A stretch of DNA of 64,000 nt from Bacteriovoracaceae bacterium (GTDB taxonomy: Bacteria > Bdellovibrionota > Bacteriovoracia > Bacteriovoracales > Bacteriovoracaceae): assembly GCA_035575985.1 (NCBI GenBank), contig DATLXC010000002.1, positions 29,254 to 93,253 on the forward strand, read 5' to 3'. Of this stretch, positions 46,193 through 56,928 are shown piece by piece. The first letter of the stretch is position 1. Every line of letters begins with the position of its first letter. Both the position numbers and the translations under genes were made by a program. Under the pieces are notes generated by a model that was not told the origin of the DNA, made no database searches, and saw only the letters and a list, made by a program, of their open reading frames with translations.

Positions 46193-48435
46193 TGAATTTA
46201 GATTTCTTAAACGAATCTCAGCGACAGGCAGTCCTGATGACAGACGGTCCTGTAATGATTCTTGCAGGTGCGGGTTCGGGCAAGACTCGTACCTTGGTTG
46301 CAAGGATACAATATCTGCTGGAAGAGAAACGTGTAAGTCCCTTTCAAGTCCTTGCTGTGACATTTTCCAATAAGGCATCCCGCGAGATGAGAGAACGTCT
46401 GGCGGCAAACACCCGGATTAACATTGGGGCCCTACAGGTCACAACTTTTCACTCTTTCTGTGCCCGTGTGCTCAGGATGGAGTCAAATTATCTTGGCCTC
46501 AGCAAAAACTTTACCATCTATGATGATGGGGAATCGCAATCAATAATCAAGGCCATCTTTGCCAAGCGCGGGATCAACCAAAAAGAATTATCTCCATATA
46601 CTGTTGCTGCCTACATAGACGGTCTTAAGAATCTTGGTCATTATATGGGCCTCGAAAAGACAACAGAAGTTGAAAAATACGCTGAAGATCAAAGACTATG
46701 GGATATATTCAATGAATACGAGGCTGAACTCCACCGAAGCAATGCCGTAGATTTCGGCGGACTCCTTACAGGAATCCTGAATCTTTTCCGCAATTATCCA
46801 GAGGTCCTGAGGAAGTACCAGGACAAATTCAAATACGTCCTGGTAGATGAGTATCAGGATACCAACCGCGCGCAGTTTGAGATGATAAGGCTGCTTAGTC
46901 ACTTACACCGAAATGTGTGTGTAGTGGGGGATGAAGACCAGTCTATTTATTCATGGAGGGGCGCAGATATCAGGAATATTCTTGATTTCGAAAAAGTCTT
47001 CCCGGAAACAAAGCTTATCAAGCTTGAACAAAATTATCGCTCATCCAAGAAAATCATTGAGGCGGCTTCTGAAGTCATTTCCCGCAATGTGGCCCGTAAG
47101 GGCAAGAAGATGTGGACTGACAATGATGAAGGTGACGAAATCCTCATTGTAGAATGCAGGGATGATAAGGCCGAAGCAGAGCTTATCGGGACCAGGATAA
47201 GACAATTGGTCCAGGAAGGTACATCGCTTAAGGATATCGCAATCTTCTACAGGAATAATGCTCACTCAAGAACTATTGAGGATGCCCTTCGCAAGGAAAA
47301 GTTTCCCTACAGGGTTGTAGCGGGAATCAAGTTTTATGACCGTAAAGAGGTCAAGGACATGATTTCTTACATGCGTGTAGTGGTTAATAAAAAAGATTCC
47401 CTCGCCCTTACCCGTATTATAAATACTCCTGCCAGGGGTGTTGGAGCAACTTCACTTCGCAAGCTTGAAGATGAAGCAGTCAGGCTGCAACTCTCACTGT
47501 TTGAGCTTATTGAAAAGCTCACTGAGACTCCACCTGAGTTCAAGCATCTTTCACTTTCAGGCAAGGTAATGAGTTCGCTTACGCAATTAGTGCAATTGAT
47601 TCAGGAAGTACAGGTTCTCGAATCACAAAATCATTCGCCTACTTTTAGTTACGAAAAACTCCTGAACGAATCCGGCTATTACGAGTTCTTGCGTGCAGAC
47701 AAGAGCTATGAAGGTGCTGCAAGACTTGAAAACCTTGAAGAGCTGATGAGTGCAGTCAAGCAGCATGAAGAATCTGAAGGTGAGCCTACGCTGGTCAAGT
47801 TCCTTGAAAATATAACACTTGATACTACTGTTCCCGAAGATGGAGTACCAGTTGACCAGGTATCCCTGATGACAGTTCATGGTTCCAAGGGTCTTGAGTA
47901 CCCTTACGTCTTCCTCATAGCGGCTGAAGAAAATATCTTTCCGTCATATAAAAGCCTCGAAGTCGGACCTACGGCCCTGGAAGAAGAAAGAAGACTTTTT
48001 TATGTAGCAATGACCCGTGCCATGAAACAACTTACAATCACTTTTGCCCAGGGCAGGATGTTGTGGGGAAGCTTGAAATTTAATGGGCCAAGTCAGTTCC
48101 TGCAGGAAATACCCTCACAGTATTATAAATGGGATTCTTACCAGACTGGATCCAAGAGAAATGAATTCAACACATATCCAGATTATGATTACGACCAGTC
48201 AAGTTCCGGTGATGAAGGGGCCTACCAGGAAAAAGTCTACCAACGCAAGAGTCCGGTCATCGTTAAGATGGCAAACTATCCGTCTGGCAGCCGGATTATG
48301 CATGCTCTCTATGGTGAAGGAACAGTGCTTGATTCAGAAGGGATGGGCCCGGACGAAAAAGTAACAATCCAGTTTCGTGATGGCATCAGAAAAAAGTTCA
48401 TGGTTAAATTTGCGCCCTTACAAAAGGTTGATTAG
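46189..48435 (+). CDS. uvrD: UvrD/PcrA SF1 helicase
   Basis: AGAGSGKT, VDEYQD, GDEDQSIY, QNYRS, TVHGSKGLE, EERRLFYVAMTRA; C-terminal Tudor-like domain. Confidence 0.95.
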   Translation: MMNLDFLNESQRQAVLMTDGPVMILAGAGSGKTRTLVARIQYLLEEKRVSPFQVLAVTFSNKASREMRERLAANTRINIGALQVTTFHSFCARVLRMESNYLGLSKNFTIYDDGESQSIIKAIFAKRGINQKELSPYTVAAYIDGLKNLGHYMGLEKTTEVEKYAEDQRLWDIFNEYEAELHRSNAVDFGGLLTGILNLFRNYPEVLRKYQDKFKYVLVDEYQDTNRAQFEMIRLLSHLHRNVCVVGDEDQSIYSWRGADIRNILDFEKVFPETKLIKLEQNYRSSKKIIEAASEVISRNVARKGKKMWTDNDEGDEILIVECRDDKAEAELIGTRIRQLVQEGTSLKDIAIFYRNNAHSRTIEDALRKEKFPYRVVAGIKFYDRKEVKDMISYMRVVVNKKDSLALTRIINTPARGVGATSLRKLEDEAVRLQLSLFELIEKLTETPPEFKHLSLSGKVMSSLTQLVQLIQEVQVLESQNHSPTFSYEKLLNESGYYEFLRADKSYEGAARLENLEELMSAVKQHEESEGEPTLVKFLENITLDTTVPEDGVPVDQVSLMTVHGSKGLEYPYVFLIAAEENIFPSYKSLEVGPTALEEERRLFYVAMTRAMKQLTITFAQGRMLWGSLKFNGPSQFLQEIPSQYYKWDSYQTGSKRNEFNTYPDYDYDQSSSGDEGAYQEKVYQRKSPVIVKMANYPSGSRIMHALYGEGTVLDSEGMGPDEKVTIQFRDGIRKKFMVKFAPLQKVD

Positions 48436-48440
48436 ATAAG

Positions 48441-50345
48441 ATGAGACCAATTTTAAAATATCTGATAGGTCTTTGGGTTGTCCTGCTACTTGCAGTAGGA
48501 ATGTTATTGTATAACGCCTACGCAAAGCTCAAGCCTGAAATATTCATTGCCGTTCTCTCTGAACAAGTTCAAAGAAATTATCCCGGCACCCATCTCGAAG
48601 TCGGAAAGGTTGATTACCGTCTTTCAGTCGACTTTAATATGGGTCTCAAGGACCTGGTGCTCAAGCGTGCAGGCAAGGTCATTGGCAAGCTTGAGGAGAT
48701 TGAGCTTCGGCTACCGTGGTGGTTGCTTTTGTTCCAGCGTGGTAATGCCCAGATTAACCTTAGTAATCTGGTGATTTTTATCGACGATGATAAGGATGAG
48801 GAAGCCAATACAGACGCTCACGGTGATGAAGCTACCCCTTCAAAGCCTGGATCTAAACGTGTAAGCCTCTCCCTGCCTGGTTACCTTGCTAATGCACAAT
48901 TTACCTTGAGGGCCAAAGATATAAGAGTTATGGACCTGGGTAACAACCGCAGGTATTTTACTCTGAATAAGTTACTGGTCAGGCAATTTCAATTCGGCAA
49001 GAATTCCGCTTTTGAATTAAACCTGCCTATCACCATGAGCCATAATAAAGTTGTCTATAAGTCAGAGCTCTGGCTCTTTGGAGATCTCACACCTGCTAAA
49101 GAGGAGTGGGATCTGAAGTTCCGTGGTGAATTCCGTACCAGCGAAAATATTGAAAAGTTCCAGCTTGAAGACCTGATTATCGATGGGAAAGCTAAATTCA
49201 AGCCACATGAACTTGATGTTACTTCGAATCTCTCATTCTTCATTGAAAAAGAAGCTATCGGTACAGGTACATTCAATGCAAGTGAGAAAGATTTCAATGT
49301 AAACTTGCAACTTTCCGGATTCCCAATGAGTTTTCTGGGCCTTTTTGAACAAGAAATTAAGAATCCTTATTTCCCGGGCCTCACAGAAAGAGCCGTGGGA
49401 GCAATTGAAATTAAAAAGCAGTACCGGAAAGAATCCATAAAGCTTGATGGCAAGCTGGAGTTTCCGGGAGTCTTCAAACTGGGTGCTTCTCCAGATGATG
49501 TGACAGGCAAGTGGAGAATTAATTTTAATGACGCAAAATGGGAAACTTCATTTATCAGTCCTAAGGGTGAAGTTAGTTTCTTCAGAAGATCAGTCATCGA
49601 CTTTAAGCACGGGATTGTTTCTCAATATATTGAAGAACTTGGATTCTCAGAGGTAGATCTGTCCGGGGCCATTCAGTTAGTAACTCCCCTGGAAAAAGTA
49701 TTGCATGTCGACTCCAGGGCTTATTCATCCACCACAGTGTCTTTCAAGAAATGCAGACTGGGGGAAAAATTGATAGATGCTTCATTTCGTTATGGAATAT
49801 CACCAGACGAGAGATTTTATACTGCTGATATAAATGATAACGGCAATTTAATGAAACTTAATTTTCAGCAAACTGGTAGTCAGAATAAAATGGATTTTAC
49901 TGTTAAGAAATTTCCATGGATTCAACAATATGGATTTCTGGCTCCTTACTTTTCTGCCACCAGCGGTATTTTAGACGGCAAGCTTGAGGGCCGCTGGAAT
50001 GATAAAATACTTAGTGGGCAATGGTTATCCAAACTAAAAGCGACTTCATTGCAATTGGCCGGTGGTGAATGGATTCTCATGATGTCCAACTTCTGGAAAA
50101 ATTTTAAGCTTGATTCTAACTTAATACCTGATCAAAATTGGGATTTCACCATCAATAAAGGGATAATCTCAGTCGAATCCCTGCTGCTCAATGGAGTTGA
50201 CCCTGCTAAAATGACTGGTCAGATAGATACTGTCTTCAAAAAGAAATCTTTCCTGGTACTGACTTATCCAAAAAATAAAAAATGGAAACCAGTAAGGAAA
50301 GAAATAGCCGAGCCTTTCTGGAAAAGGGATTTAAACAATGAGTGA
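48441..50345 (+). CDS. N-anchored beta-rich protein (AsmA-like, tentative)
   Basis: Single N-terminal TM and long beta-strand-rich body; operonic. Confidence 0.6.
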   Translation: MRPILKYLIGLWVVLLLAVGMLLYNAYAKLKPEIFIAVLSEQVQRNYPGTHLEVGKVDYRLSVDFNMGLKDLVLKRAGKVIGKLEEIELRLPWWLLLFQRGNAQINLSNLVIFIDDDKDEEANTDAHGDEATPSKPGSKRVSLSLPGYLANAQFTLRAKDIRVMDLGNNRRYFTLNKLLVRQFQFGKNSAFELNLPITMSHNKVVYKSELWLFGDLTPAKEEWDLKFRGEFRTSENIEKFQLEDLIIDGKAKFKPHELDVTSNLSFFIEKEAIGTGTFNASEKDFNVNLQLSGFPMSFLGLFEQEIKNPYFPGLTERAVGAIEIKKQYRKESIKLDGKLEFPGVFKLGASPDDVTGKWRINFNDAKWETSFISPKGEVSFFRRSVIDFKHGIVSQYIEELGFSEVDLSGAIQLVTPLEKVLHVDSRAYSSTTVSFKKCRLGEKLIDASFRYGISPDERFYTADINDNGNLMKLNFQQTGSQNKMDFTVKKFPWIQQYGFLAPYFSATSGILDGKLEGRWNDKILSGQWLSKLKATSLQLAGGEWILMMSNFWKNFKLDSNLIPDQNWDFTINKGIISVESLLLNGVDPAKMTGQIDTVFKKKSFLVLTYPKNKKWKPVRKEIAEPFWKRDLNNE

Positions 50346-51393
50346 AACTTATAATCCAATTGTATGGAAAGATCAGAAGCTATATCTCCTGGATCAACGA
50401 CATCTTCCGCATTCTGAAACTTTCGTTGAGGTAAATGATCTTAAAGGTTGTTCAATGGCCATAAAGGATATGGTTGTCAGAGGTGCTCCCTGTATAGGCT
50501 TCACAGCTATCTTTGGTATGGCCTTATGGGTAAAATCTCAAAATTCCATCAGTGTCGAAAGTTGTCGAGAAGCATGCGATGAATTGATCGACGCCCGTCC
50601 AACAGCAGTAAACCTGGCTTTTGAAGTTAATAACTGCTTTAAGATCATGCAAGAATCAGTTCTCTCAAAAGCAAGTAACGATACTCTTTTTAATGAATTA
50701 GTAGATTTTGGAAAAAGTCAGCTATTGATGAGCCATAACACAAATACACGGATGGCGGAGATAGGCCTGGCCGCACTTAAATCGACACTAGATGATCGCA
50801 AATGGAATCTCATGACTCATTGTAATACCGGATTCCTGGCCTGTGGCAGCCTTGGCACTGCTTTGGGAGTCATCTCACATGCCCACTCCAAAGGAAGGGT
50901 AGAGCACGTTTATGCTGATGAAACACGCCCTTATTTGCAAGGCACAAGGCTCACTGCTTATGAATTAAGCAAAGAGAAAATTCCATATAGCATTGTTGTT
51001 GAAGGGGCCGCCTCTTACCTCATGTCCCATAATAAAGTTGACGCTATCTTTGTCGGAGCTGATCGCATAGCTGCCAACGGGGATACAGCAAATAAAGTTG
51101 GCACAGCAACTCTTGCAATTGTGGCACGGCACTACAAAGTGCCGTTCTACGTCGTTGCCCCTGTAAGCTCTTTTGATATAACTATCCCTGACGGAAAGCA
51201 TATTGAGATTGAGATGCGTGCAATGAATGAGATTACAGAACTCAAGGGAATAAAACTTGCACCTGAAGGAGCACATTCTGTAAATCCTAGTTTTGATGTA
51301 ACTGATCATGCATTCATAACTGGAATCATTTGTGAAAAAGGATTAATCAATCCAAACAATGTTGGTGAATTGGTACGAGTGGTAAAATCATGA
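50338..51393 (+). CDS. mtnA: S-methyl-5-thioribose-1-phosphate isomerase
   Basis: LDQR.LP, VRGAP.IG, RPTAVNL, THCNTG, DETRP.LQG, GADRIAANGD.ANKVG, NPSFDVT. Confidence 0.96.
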   Translation: MSETYNPIVWKDQKLYLLDQRHLPHSETFVEVNDLKGCSMAIKDMVVRGAPCIGFTAIFGMALWVKSQNSISVESCREACDELIDARPTAVNLAFEVNNCFKIMQESVLSKASNDTLFNELVDFGKSQLLMSHNTNTRMAEIGLAALKSTLDDRKWNLMTHCNTGFLACGSLGTALGVISHAHSKGRVEHVYADETRPYLQGTRLTAYELSKEKIPYSIVVEGAASYLMSHNKVDAIFVGADRIAANGDTANKVGTATLAIVARHYKVPFYVVAPVSSFDITIPDGKHIEIEMRAMNEITELKGIKLAPEGAHSVNPSFDVTDHAFITGIICEKGLINPNNVGELVRVVKS

Positions 51394-52322
51394 GTAAAGA
51401 TATCAGGGCGAGCATAGACATAGGTTCAAACAGCGTGCTGCTGTTAATTGCAGATTTAAGTTCCGGCAAGCTGGTGGAAATTTCCAAGCGAAGTGAAATC
51501 ACTTCGCTGGGCAAGGAGCTTGATAAAAACCAGAGCTTTCATGAAGAATCGATGGAGGCCACATTTGAAGCAATAAAATCCTATGCTGAAGATTGCGATA
51601 AAATAGGAATCCCTCGCGAATCTATAATTGCCACGGCTACTGAAGCTTCCAGAGTCGCCCAGAATGCGGCCAGTTTTTTTGCAGAGATTGAAAGTAAGCT
51701 CAAGGTAAAAATCAATATCATTAGTCCGGGAGCTGAAGCCTACTTTTCTACGAAGGGTATTCTTTTCAACAGCAATTTTTCATCAGAAATAATCACTATC
51801 ATGGATATTGGCGGGGCTTCTACCGAACTAATCAAGGTTAACACCAAGAATTTTCAAATACTGGATACTATCAGCATGCCGATTGGGTCAGTGAGATGCA
51901 GTCAATGGCTCATTGATGACTTATTCGTCCAGAATCTTCAGAAAGTTTTCCTGGATTTTCGCAATGAAATAGATCGCTTCCAGACCAAGGAGCTCTATTG
52001 TGTTGCCGGCACAGTGACTTCGCTTGGGAATATGCATCTCCAGCGTAAGGAGTTCATAGAAGATGATGTCCATGGCATGCTCTTAAAAGCTGAGGACATG
52101 GATGCTCTTTTCAAGCGCTATTCCGAATTCACACCCGAACAATTCCTGGAGCTATTTCCCTTCCTGCAAAAGAGATCTAAAAGCATCCGCGGAGGATTGC
52201 ACCTGGTTTATCATCTGATAAGCCGTCTCTTCGTTAAACAATTAACTATTTCTACATATGGCCTGAGATTTGGTACTCTTCTGGAGGGTAATATCAATAA
52301 GGAACACCTCTATGGAAAATAA
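51390..52322 (+). CDS. Ppx/GppA family phosphatase (short form)
   Basis: IDIGSNS, ATEASR.A.N, EA, DIGGASTE, GLRFG. Confidence 0.88.
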   Translation: MSKDIRASIDIGSNSVLLLIADLSSGKLVEISKRSEITSLGKELDKNQSFHEESMEATFEAIKSYAEDCDKIGIPRESIIATATEASRVAQNAASFFAEIESKLKVKINIISPGAEAYFSTKGILFNSNFSSEIITIMDIGGASTELIKVNTKNFQILDTISMPIGSVRCSQWLIDDLFVQNLQKVFLDFRNEIDRFQTKELYCVAGTVTSLGNMHLQRKEFIEDDVHGMLLKAEDMDALFKRYSEFTPEQFLELFPFLQKRSKSIRGGLHLVYHLISRLFVKQLTISTYGLRFGTLLEGNINKEHLYGK

Positions 52323-52743
52323 ACTAGTACTCAATCCACGAGCAATTATTTTCAAGGAAGGAGCTGATGCCACCAAACTTTACATGGTAAAGAGAGGGGA
52401 AGTCCTTTGTCTGAAATCATCAAAGGATCGTATCATACCTGTCTTTCTGGCACAGGAAGGGGATATTGTGGGGGAGAGTGCCATGATTGAGGGCCTTCCA
52501 TACACTTATTCGGCCATTACACTTTCAAATGCTGAGCTGGTGGAAATACCAGCATTCAACTTTAAGCGTGTATTCATGGAAGCACCTGCCTGGCTGGTGG
52601 ACTTAACCACCACCATGATTCATCGTTTTCAAAGCACGGCCAATCTCATTGCCGAGAATAGGGTAATCAGTCCTCTGATTCTCACAGAAGACCAATTTTC
52701 TACCAAGTTGGAAGTTGAATTTAAAAAGCTCTTGGCTCAATAA
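52312..52743 (+). CDS. Stand-alone cyclic-nucleotide-binding domain protein
   Basis: IFKEG...LYMVKRGEV...GDIVGESAM...YSA; no Crp HTH; start at ATG 52312. Confidence 0.8.
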   Translation: MENKLVLNPRAIIFKEGADATKLYMVKRGEVLCLKSSKDRIIPVFLAQEGDIVGESAMIEGLPYTYSAITLSNAELVEIPAFNFKRVFMEAPAWLVDLTTTMIHRFQSTANLIAENRVISPLILTEDQFSTKLEVEFKKLLAQ

Positions 52744-53168
52744 AACTGAATAACACGATTGCGGTGAAGGCTTATGGCCAGTTCCAGGATTTTATTCTGG
52801 GCCCGGTGGCATTCATTGCGACTGCCTGATAAGTCTTTCTGCATAATATCGTAGGCCTTCATTGCCATTTCTCTTGAAACTAATGACAGGGCCTTTCTTT
52901 GATTTTTAACGTGTACAAGGCTCAGCGCAAGCCCAAGGACAGCAGGTTGTGACTGTGACAGGACAGTCTTCAGGGCTTGATCATCCAGGTCCCAAAGGCT
53001 TTCAAACGAGATACATGATTCAGTCAGCTCCTTGGCCAGTATAGGGTTTCTCACCCTTAAATTCTTCAATAGGCGGGCCTTGTCAGGTCCATCCATTCGC
53101 TGAAGAAGCTCAATGACCTGCTTCTTGCCATTGATAAATATACCGTTTTCTGGATTCTTCTGAGTCAT
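52737..53168 (-). CDS. Stand-alone FliG middle/C-domain-like protein
   Basis: GKKQVIELL, LAKEL...SFESL.DLDDQAL..VL, LGLAL, RAQNKIL. Confidence 0.7.
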   Translation of the reverse strand: MTQKNPENGIFINGKKQVIELLQRMDGPDKARLLKNLRVRNPILAKELTESCISFESLWDLDDQALKTVLSQSQPAVLGLALSLVHVKNQRKALSLVSREMAMKAYDIMQKDLSGSRNECHRAQNKILELAISLHRNRVIQFY

Positions 53169-53197
53169 CTATTCTCCCTTCCTGGAATTGAGATCGT

Positions 53198-53623
53198 TTA
53201 TGCCTCTAACTTGGATTTTTCTTCTTCAAATTTCTGGCGTGCTTTATCTAAATATTCTTGATGTTTTTGTTCCTGGCGGGCAATCTGCTCTTCCTGGCTC
53301 ACCTTAGTTTCAGATAAGCGAACTGCACCGCTTTCTTTTGTTTCAGCAAGGAGCTTTTCATATCTCCTGGTTTCTTCCGTTATCTTGCTTGAATAAGCAG
53401 CACGCAACTTGTTCAGTTTGATCTCTGAATCATTCTTTTCTTTGCTGACTGAAACTTCATAGTCTTTTTTGACCTTTTCAACTTCCTTATCATTTTTTTC
53501 CTTGGTCTGCGTGAGCTGAGCTTTAAACTCATCGCTCATTTTACGGACCTCCATACTCTGACGCTTATTCATAGCTTCTTTCGTTTGAATTTGCTGAGTC
53601 GTGGATGATGATACGTCCGACAT
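53198..53623 (-). CDS. Coiled-coil hypothetical protein
   Basis: K/E/Q-rich helical ORF with AAGGA RBS. Confidence 0.75.
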   Translation of the reverse strand: MSDVSSSTTQQIQTKEAMNKRQSMEVRKMSDEFKAQLTQTKEKNDKEVEKVKKDYEVSVSKEKNDSEIKLNKLRAAYSSKITEETRRYEKLLAETKESGAVRLSETKVSQEEQIARQEQKHQEYLDKARQKFEEEKSKLEA

Positions 53624-53747
53624 AACTATCTATTCCTTTGCTGAAAGGTAATGCCTTTCATGGCATTATTACTTATGATACTGAGGTAACGGCAGTCCTC
53701 ACAAGAGAGGCAAAAAATGATGGGTCATAAAAGCTGAGTACTCTACT

Positions 53748-55049
53748 ATGGTTTTAGGCAAGACAGACTTCGAAAATTTCAAAACCTGGCTGGACCTGGA
53801 TATCAATTCAATTGCCTGGGAGGGTAGGTACGCGGAATCCTTCAGTGGATTTTGGGAATCCTTTTTCAAGGATCAAATTGAACCCCTGGAACTTAGCCAG
53901 CGCTTTGATTATGCCAAGAAGATAGCCAAATCCGGTCCTCTGATTTCCTGGCTTAGTTGGCTCTTTGAAAAGTTCATAGCCTTTTGCTTTATTCACCGCG
54001 GGCTGTCTGTTCGGGAAATATCCCTGCTTTTTGACCTTCAGGAAAAGTATGTTTCTACTATCCTGCGCGATCATATTATAAAGGTCCATCCGGCCTATGA
54101 AGATCTGATCAATGAAAAGTTCCAGATCAGTAATGTAAGCTCGAAGAACCTGTTTATGACATTTGAAGATATCCGGCCTCAACTTGGCGATGATTCAAAG
54201 GTCAAAGGTACATTTGAGGATGATATCCTGGCCCATATGGAAGTGACACTCTATCCTGACTGGCCAAACCTCGTAAAAGAACTCCGAAAAGACATCCTTT
54301 CACTGAAGGTTGACTTTGAAACCATGAAGAAGAAAGTTGCTTTTCGTAAGCAACTTAGATTCGTCCAGGAAGTAATCTTCCTCTTATTATTACTAAGTGT
54401 GATTGTCTTCGTGCTGAGAAACTCAAATAAATGGTACGAAGAAAATCTTGTTAAAAAGATTACTCTCTTCGAACCCAATTTCTTCTGGCTTGATAAGTCT
54501 CTTTCCTACCAGGAACAGGACTTACTGGCTCGCCAGCAAATAGATTTGTCAAATAAAGAGCTGGAAGAGCTTGAGCGTATTGAAGCACAAACTGTATTTG
54601 CAGAAGAGAAAACAGAATCTCGATATGATCCAGAGTCAGACGTTGTGGTCCTGGGCTCTGTGGAAGATGTTCCAAAAACTTTTGGTCAAGCAGAAACTGA
54701 ACAGTCCTTATATGAAGAAAATAAAAAGGGTGGTTATCGCGACAGCTCCTACTCTTCTTCAAGTAAGAAGGCCTACAGGATCCTAATGTCCTCTGTTGAT
54801 CCAATATTCATCAAGGAAAAAATCCTTCCTCTCATGCAGAAGCACGGGATTGCCCAGGTCGATAACGTTAAACCTGGTACAAGGATTCCCGGGGGCCTCT
54901 ATTTTAACCTGATGGTTCCTTCTAAAAACCTGAAAGACTTTATGACAAGGGTTACTGAATTGGGTGAAGCCACAATTTTTGAAAGCCGTATTCAGGGCTC
55001 TGATGTCGCTGGAAAAAATCGCGTTTTTATCTGGGTTAAGGCAATCTGA
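53748..55049 (+). CDS. Bitopic membrane hypothetical protein
   Basis: 433-aa ORF; central TM; possible HTH (GLSVREISLLF) in the N-half. Confidence 0.75.
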   Translation: MVLGKTDFENFKTWLDLDINSIAWEGRYAESFSGFWESFFKDQIEPLELSQRFDYAKKIAKSGPLISWLSWLFEKFIAFCFIHRGLSVREISLLFDLQEKYVSTILRDHIIKVHPAYEDLINEKFQISNVSSKNLFMTFEDIRPQLGDDSKVKGTFEDDILAHMEVTLYPDWPNLVKELRKDILSLKVDFETMKKKVAFRKQLRFVQEVIFLLLLLSVIVFVLRNSNKWYEENLVKKITLFEPNFFWLDKSLSYQEQDLLARQQIDLSNKELEELERIEAQTVFAEEKTESRYDPESDVVVLGSVEDVPKTFGQAETEQSLYEENKKGGYRDSSYSSSSKKAYRILMSSVDPIFIKEKILPLMQKHGIAQVDNVKPGTRIPGGLYFNLMVPSKNLKDFMTRVTELGEATIFESRIQGSDVAGKNRVFIWVKAI

Positions 55050-55055
55050 TTGATC

Positions 55056-56834
55056 CTATGGAGGCGTTTGTTTATCCGGCACGCCACTTAAGATAGAGTC
55101 CAGGAACTGAATGTCCTGAATAGCACCAGAACCGCCAGCATCATCTCCCTTAGAACTTTGCTTAAAGTCTTTAAAGAGATTCTCGTCCACATCTCCAACT
55201 ACCTTCAAGTCATTTTCTTCCCTGGCCCATCCAGACTTATAAGTACTTTTTTTACCTGAACCCTTATCAGTGGTCTCAAGATGGCTGGTAAGGATATTAT
55301 TGAAGAGAACAACCTGTGCCATGCGACCACGCTCTTTTGAAACTTCTTTCGCATTCTTTTGAACCAGGGCATCTCTTCCGCCCTTTGTATCTTTTACTTC
55401 ATCTTCAGAAAGCTGGCGGTCTCCAAGCTTGAGTTTTATGGAATCAAGCAAGGCAACTCTTTTTGCATCATAGATTTTTCCCATTTCTATTTCCAGTTGA
55501 TCCGAGGTCAATTTGCCTGCTTTGTACTTGATCAGCAATTCAGTATAGCCATTGTCCTCAAGGTATTTCTCGATTGATTTGGCATCATCATCTTTTATGG
55601 CACGAATACGGGCCACTTCAACTTCTTTCTTCAATCTTAATGAAATTTCCACACCATGTTCTACCTTGGCCCTTGAATCACCAATGGCCAGGAATTTATC
55701 ACATTCCTTTTTTTCAGGGTGAAGCGCACAGTCTTTAGCTTCCTCACTGTCCTTTTCATTGGCCCCACCTTTAAGAAAGTCGCTGGAAGTAATATTTGTC
55801 AGATTATCTATAGAGTTCTCTCCAGTGGCTTGAAAGAAATCACCTTTTGCCCCAACTGTATTACCTCCGGTAAAGTCATCTTCAAATTGTTTTTGAATGA
55901 GCTTGGAGTCGGCAATACCCTTTTTGGCAGCTTGAAGTTTGCTAAGGGCAAGGCATGATGCTGCTCCACTAGTTCCCTTGGTAGCTGTCGTACTTACTGT
56001 ACTAGCACTGGCACCAGTCAGGGGATCTTTGAATAATTTGCACAGTGGTTGCATCTGACTAGTACAAAAAGCAAAAAATTCTCCGAGATTATCAACATTG
56101 GCACCTCCAGGTCCAGTAATCCCCTTGAACATCCCATCATAGGCTTTCTTCGGATCAGGATCAATTTCCGCTCCAAAATCTGGGTCGCCAAGATCATTCA
56201 CACTAGCGATAGTGAAGCCATGACTTTTAGGATTGTTCAACAAATCCTTCCAATGGTCCATAAAGGTTAAGTCGCTCTTTCCTTTATTTAAACGAAAGTT
56301 CTCAAAACAATATCGGGAGAGTTCAAACAAAACACTTTTAGAAATATGGTTGGTATACAAGTCTATGAATATTTTCTGGTCAATTAACTTCCGATTTTCA
56401 AATTTCATTGCTTGTTCAGCACTTAATGCCTTACGATCAACACCAGTCATCGCCTTATGTAATTTGTTAGTTAAGTAATCTGTAATGGCGGCTTTGTCTT
56501 TACTTTCAACCAGGCCATAACTTTCAAGCCCTAAAGCATCAGAGAGCTTCGCCAACTTGGTCTTGTCCTTTGTGGTATCTAATTCCTTTTTAAGACAATC
56601 CTCAGCAGCTACACCCTTTTTTTGTCTTATGTCATCTGTGTCCTTGGCATCGAACTTTGAATCCTTGATACATTTTTTAAATTCAGATGTTTGCTCGAGA
56701 GTTTTTTCAACCTCAGTATCCTTGGCTATGGATACCCATCTATCCTTAAGATCTTTATCACTGAGAATTTCATCGCCCTTGGCAGCAAAGACCGAAAGTG
56801 GAAGTAGTACACAGGCAAAAATAAGCTTCTTCAT
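55056..56834 (-). CDS. Secreted K/D-rich helical hypothetical protein
   Basis: Signal peptide MKKLIFACVLLPLSVFA; paired Cys; TCCGATAA sigma28-like -10 at 56844-56851. Confidence 0.8.
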   Translation of the reverse strand: MKKLIFACVLLPLSVFAAKGDEILSDKDLKDRWVSIAKDTEVEKTLEQTSEFKKCIKDSKFDAKDTDDIRQKKGVAAEDCLKKELDTTKDKTKLAKLSDALGLESYGLVESKDKAAITDYLTNKLHKAMTGVDRKALSAEQAMKFENRKLIDQKIFIDLYTNHISKSVLFELSRYCFENFRLNKGKSDLTFMDHWKDLLNNPKSHGFTIASVNDLGDPDFGAEIDPDPKKAYDGMFKGITGPGGANVDNLGEFFAFCTSQMQPLCKLFKDPLTGASASTVSTTATKGTSGAASCLALSKLQAAKKGIADSKLIQKQFEDDFTGGNTVGAKGDFFQATGENSIDNLTNITSSDFLKGGANEKDSEEAKDCALHPEKKECDKFLAIGDSRAKVEHGVEISLRLKKEVEVARIRAIKDDDAKSIEKYLEDNGYTELLIKYKAGKLTSDQLEIEMGKIYDAKRVALLDSIKLKLGDRQLSEDEVKDTKGGRDALVQKNAKEVSKERGRMAQVVLFNNILTSHLETTDKGSGKKSTYKSGWAREENDLKVVGDVDENLFKDFKQSSKGDDAGGSGAIQDIQFLDSILSGVPDKQTPP

Positions 56835-56928
56835 ATGCCTATTTTATCGGAAGAATGTGACTCCAGAGTGACTAAGGCTTGAAATTTAAATGGGAAAAGA
56901 GAAAAGTGAGTATTAACAGGGGCTTGGG

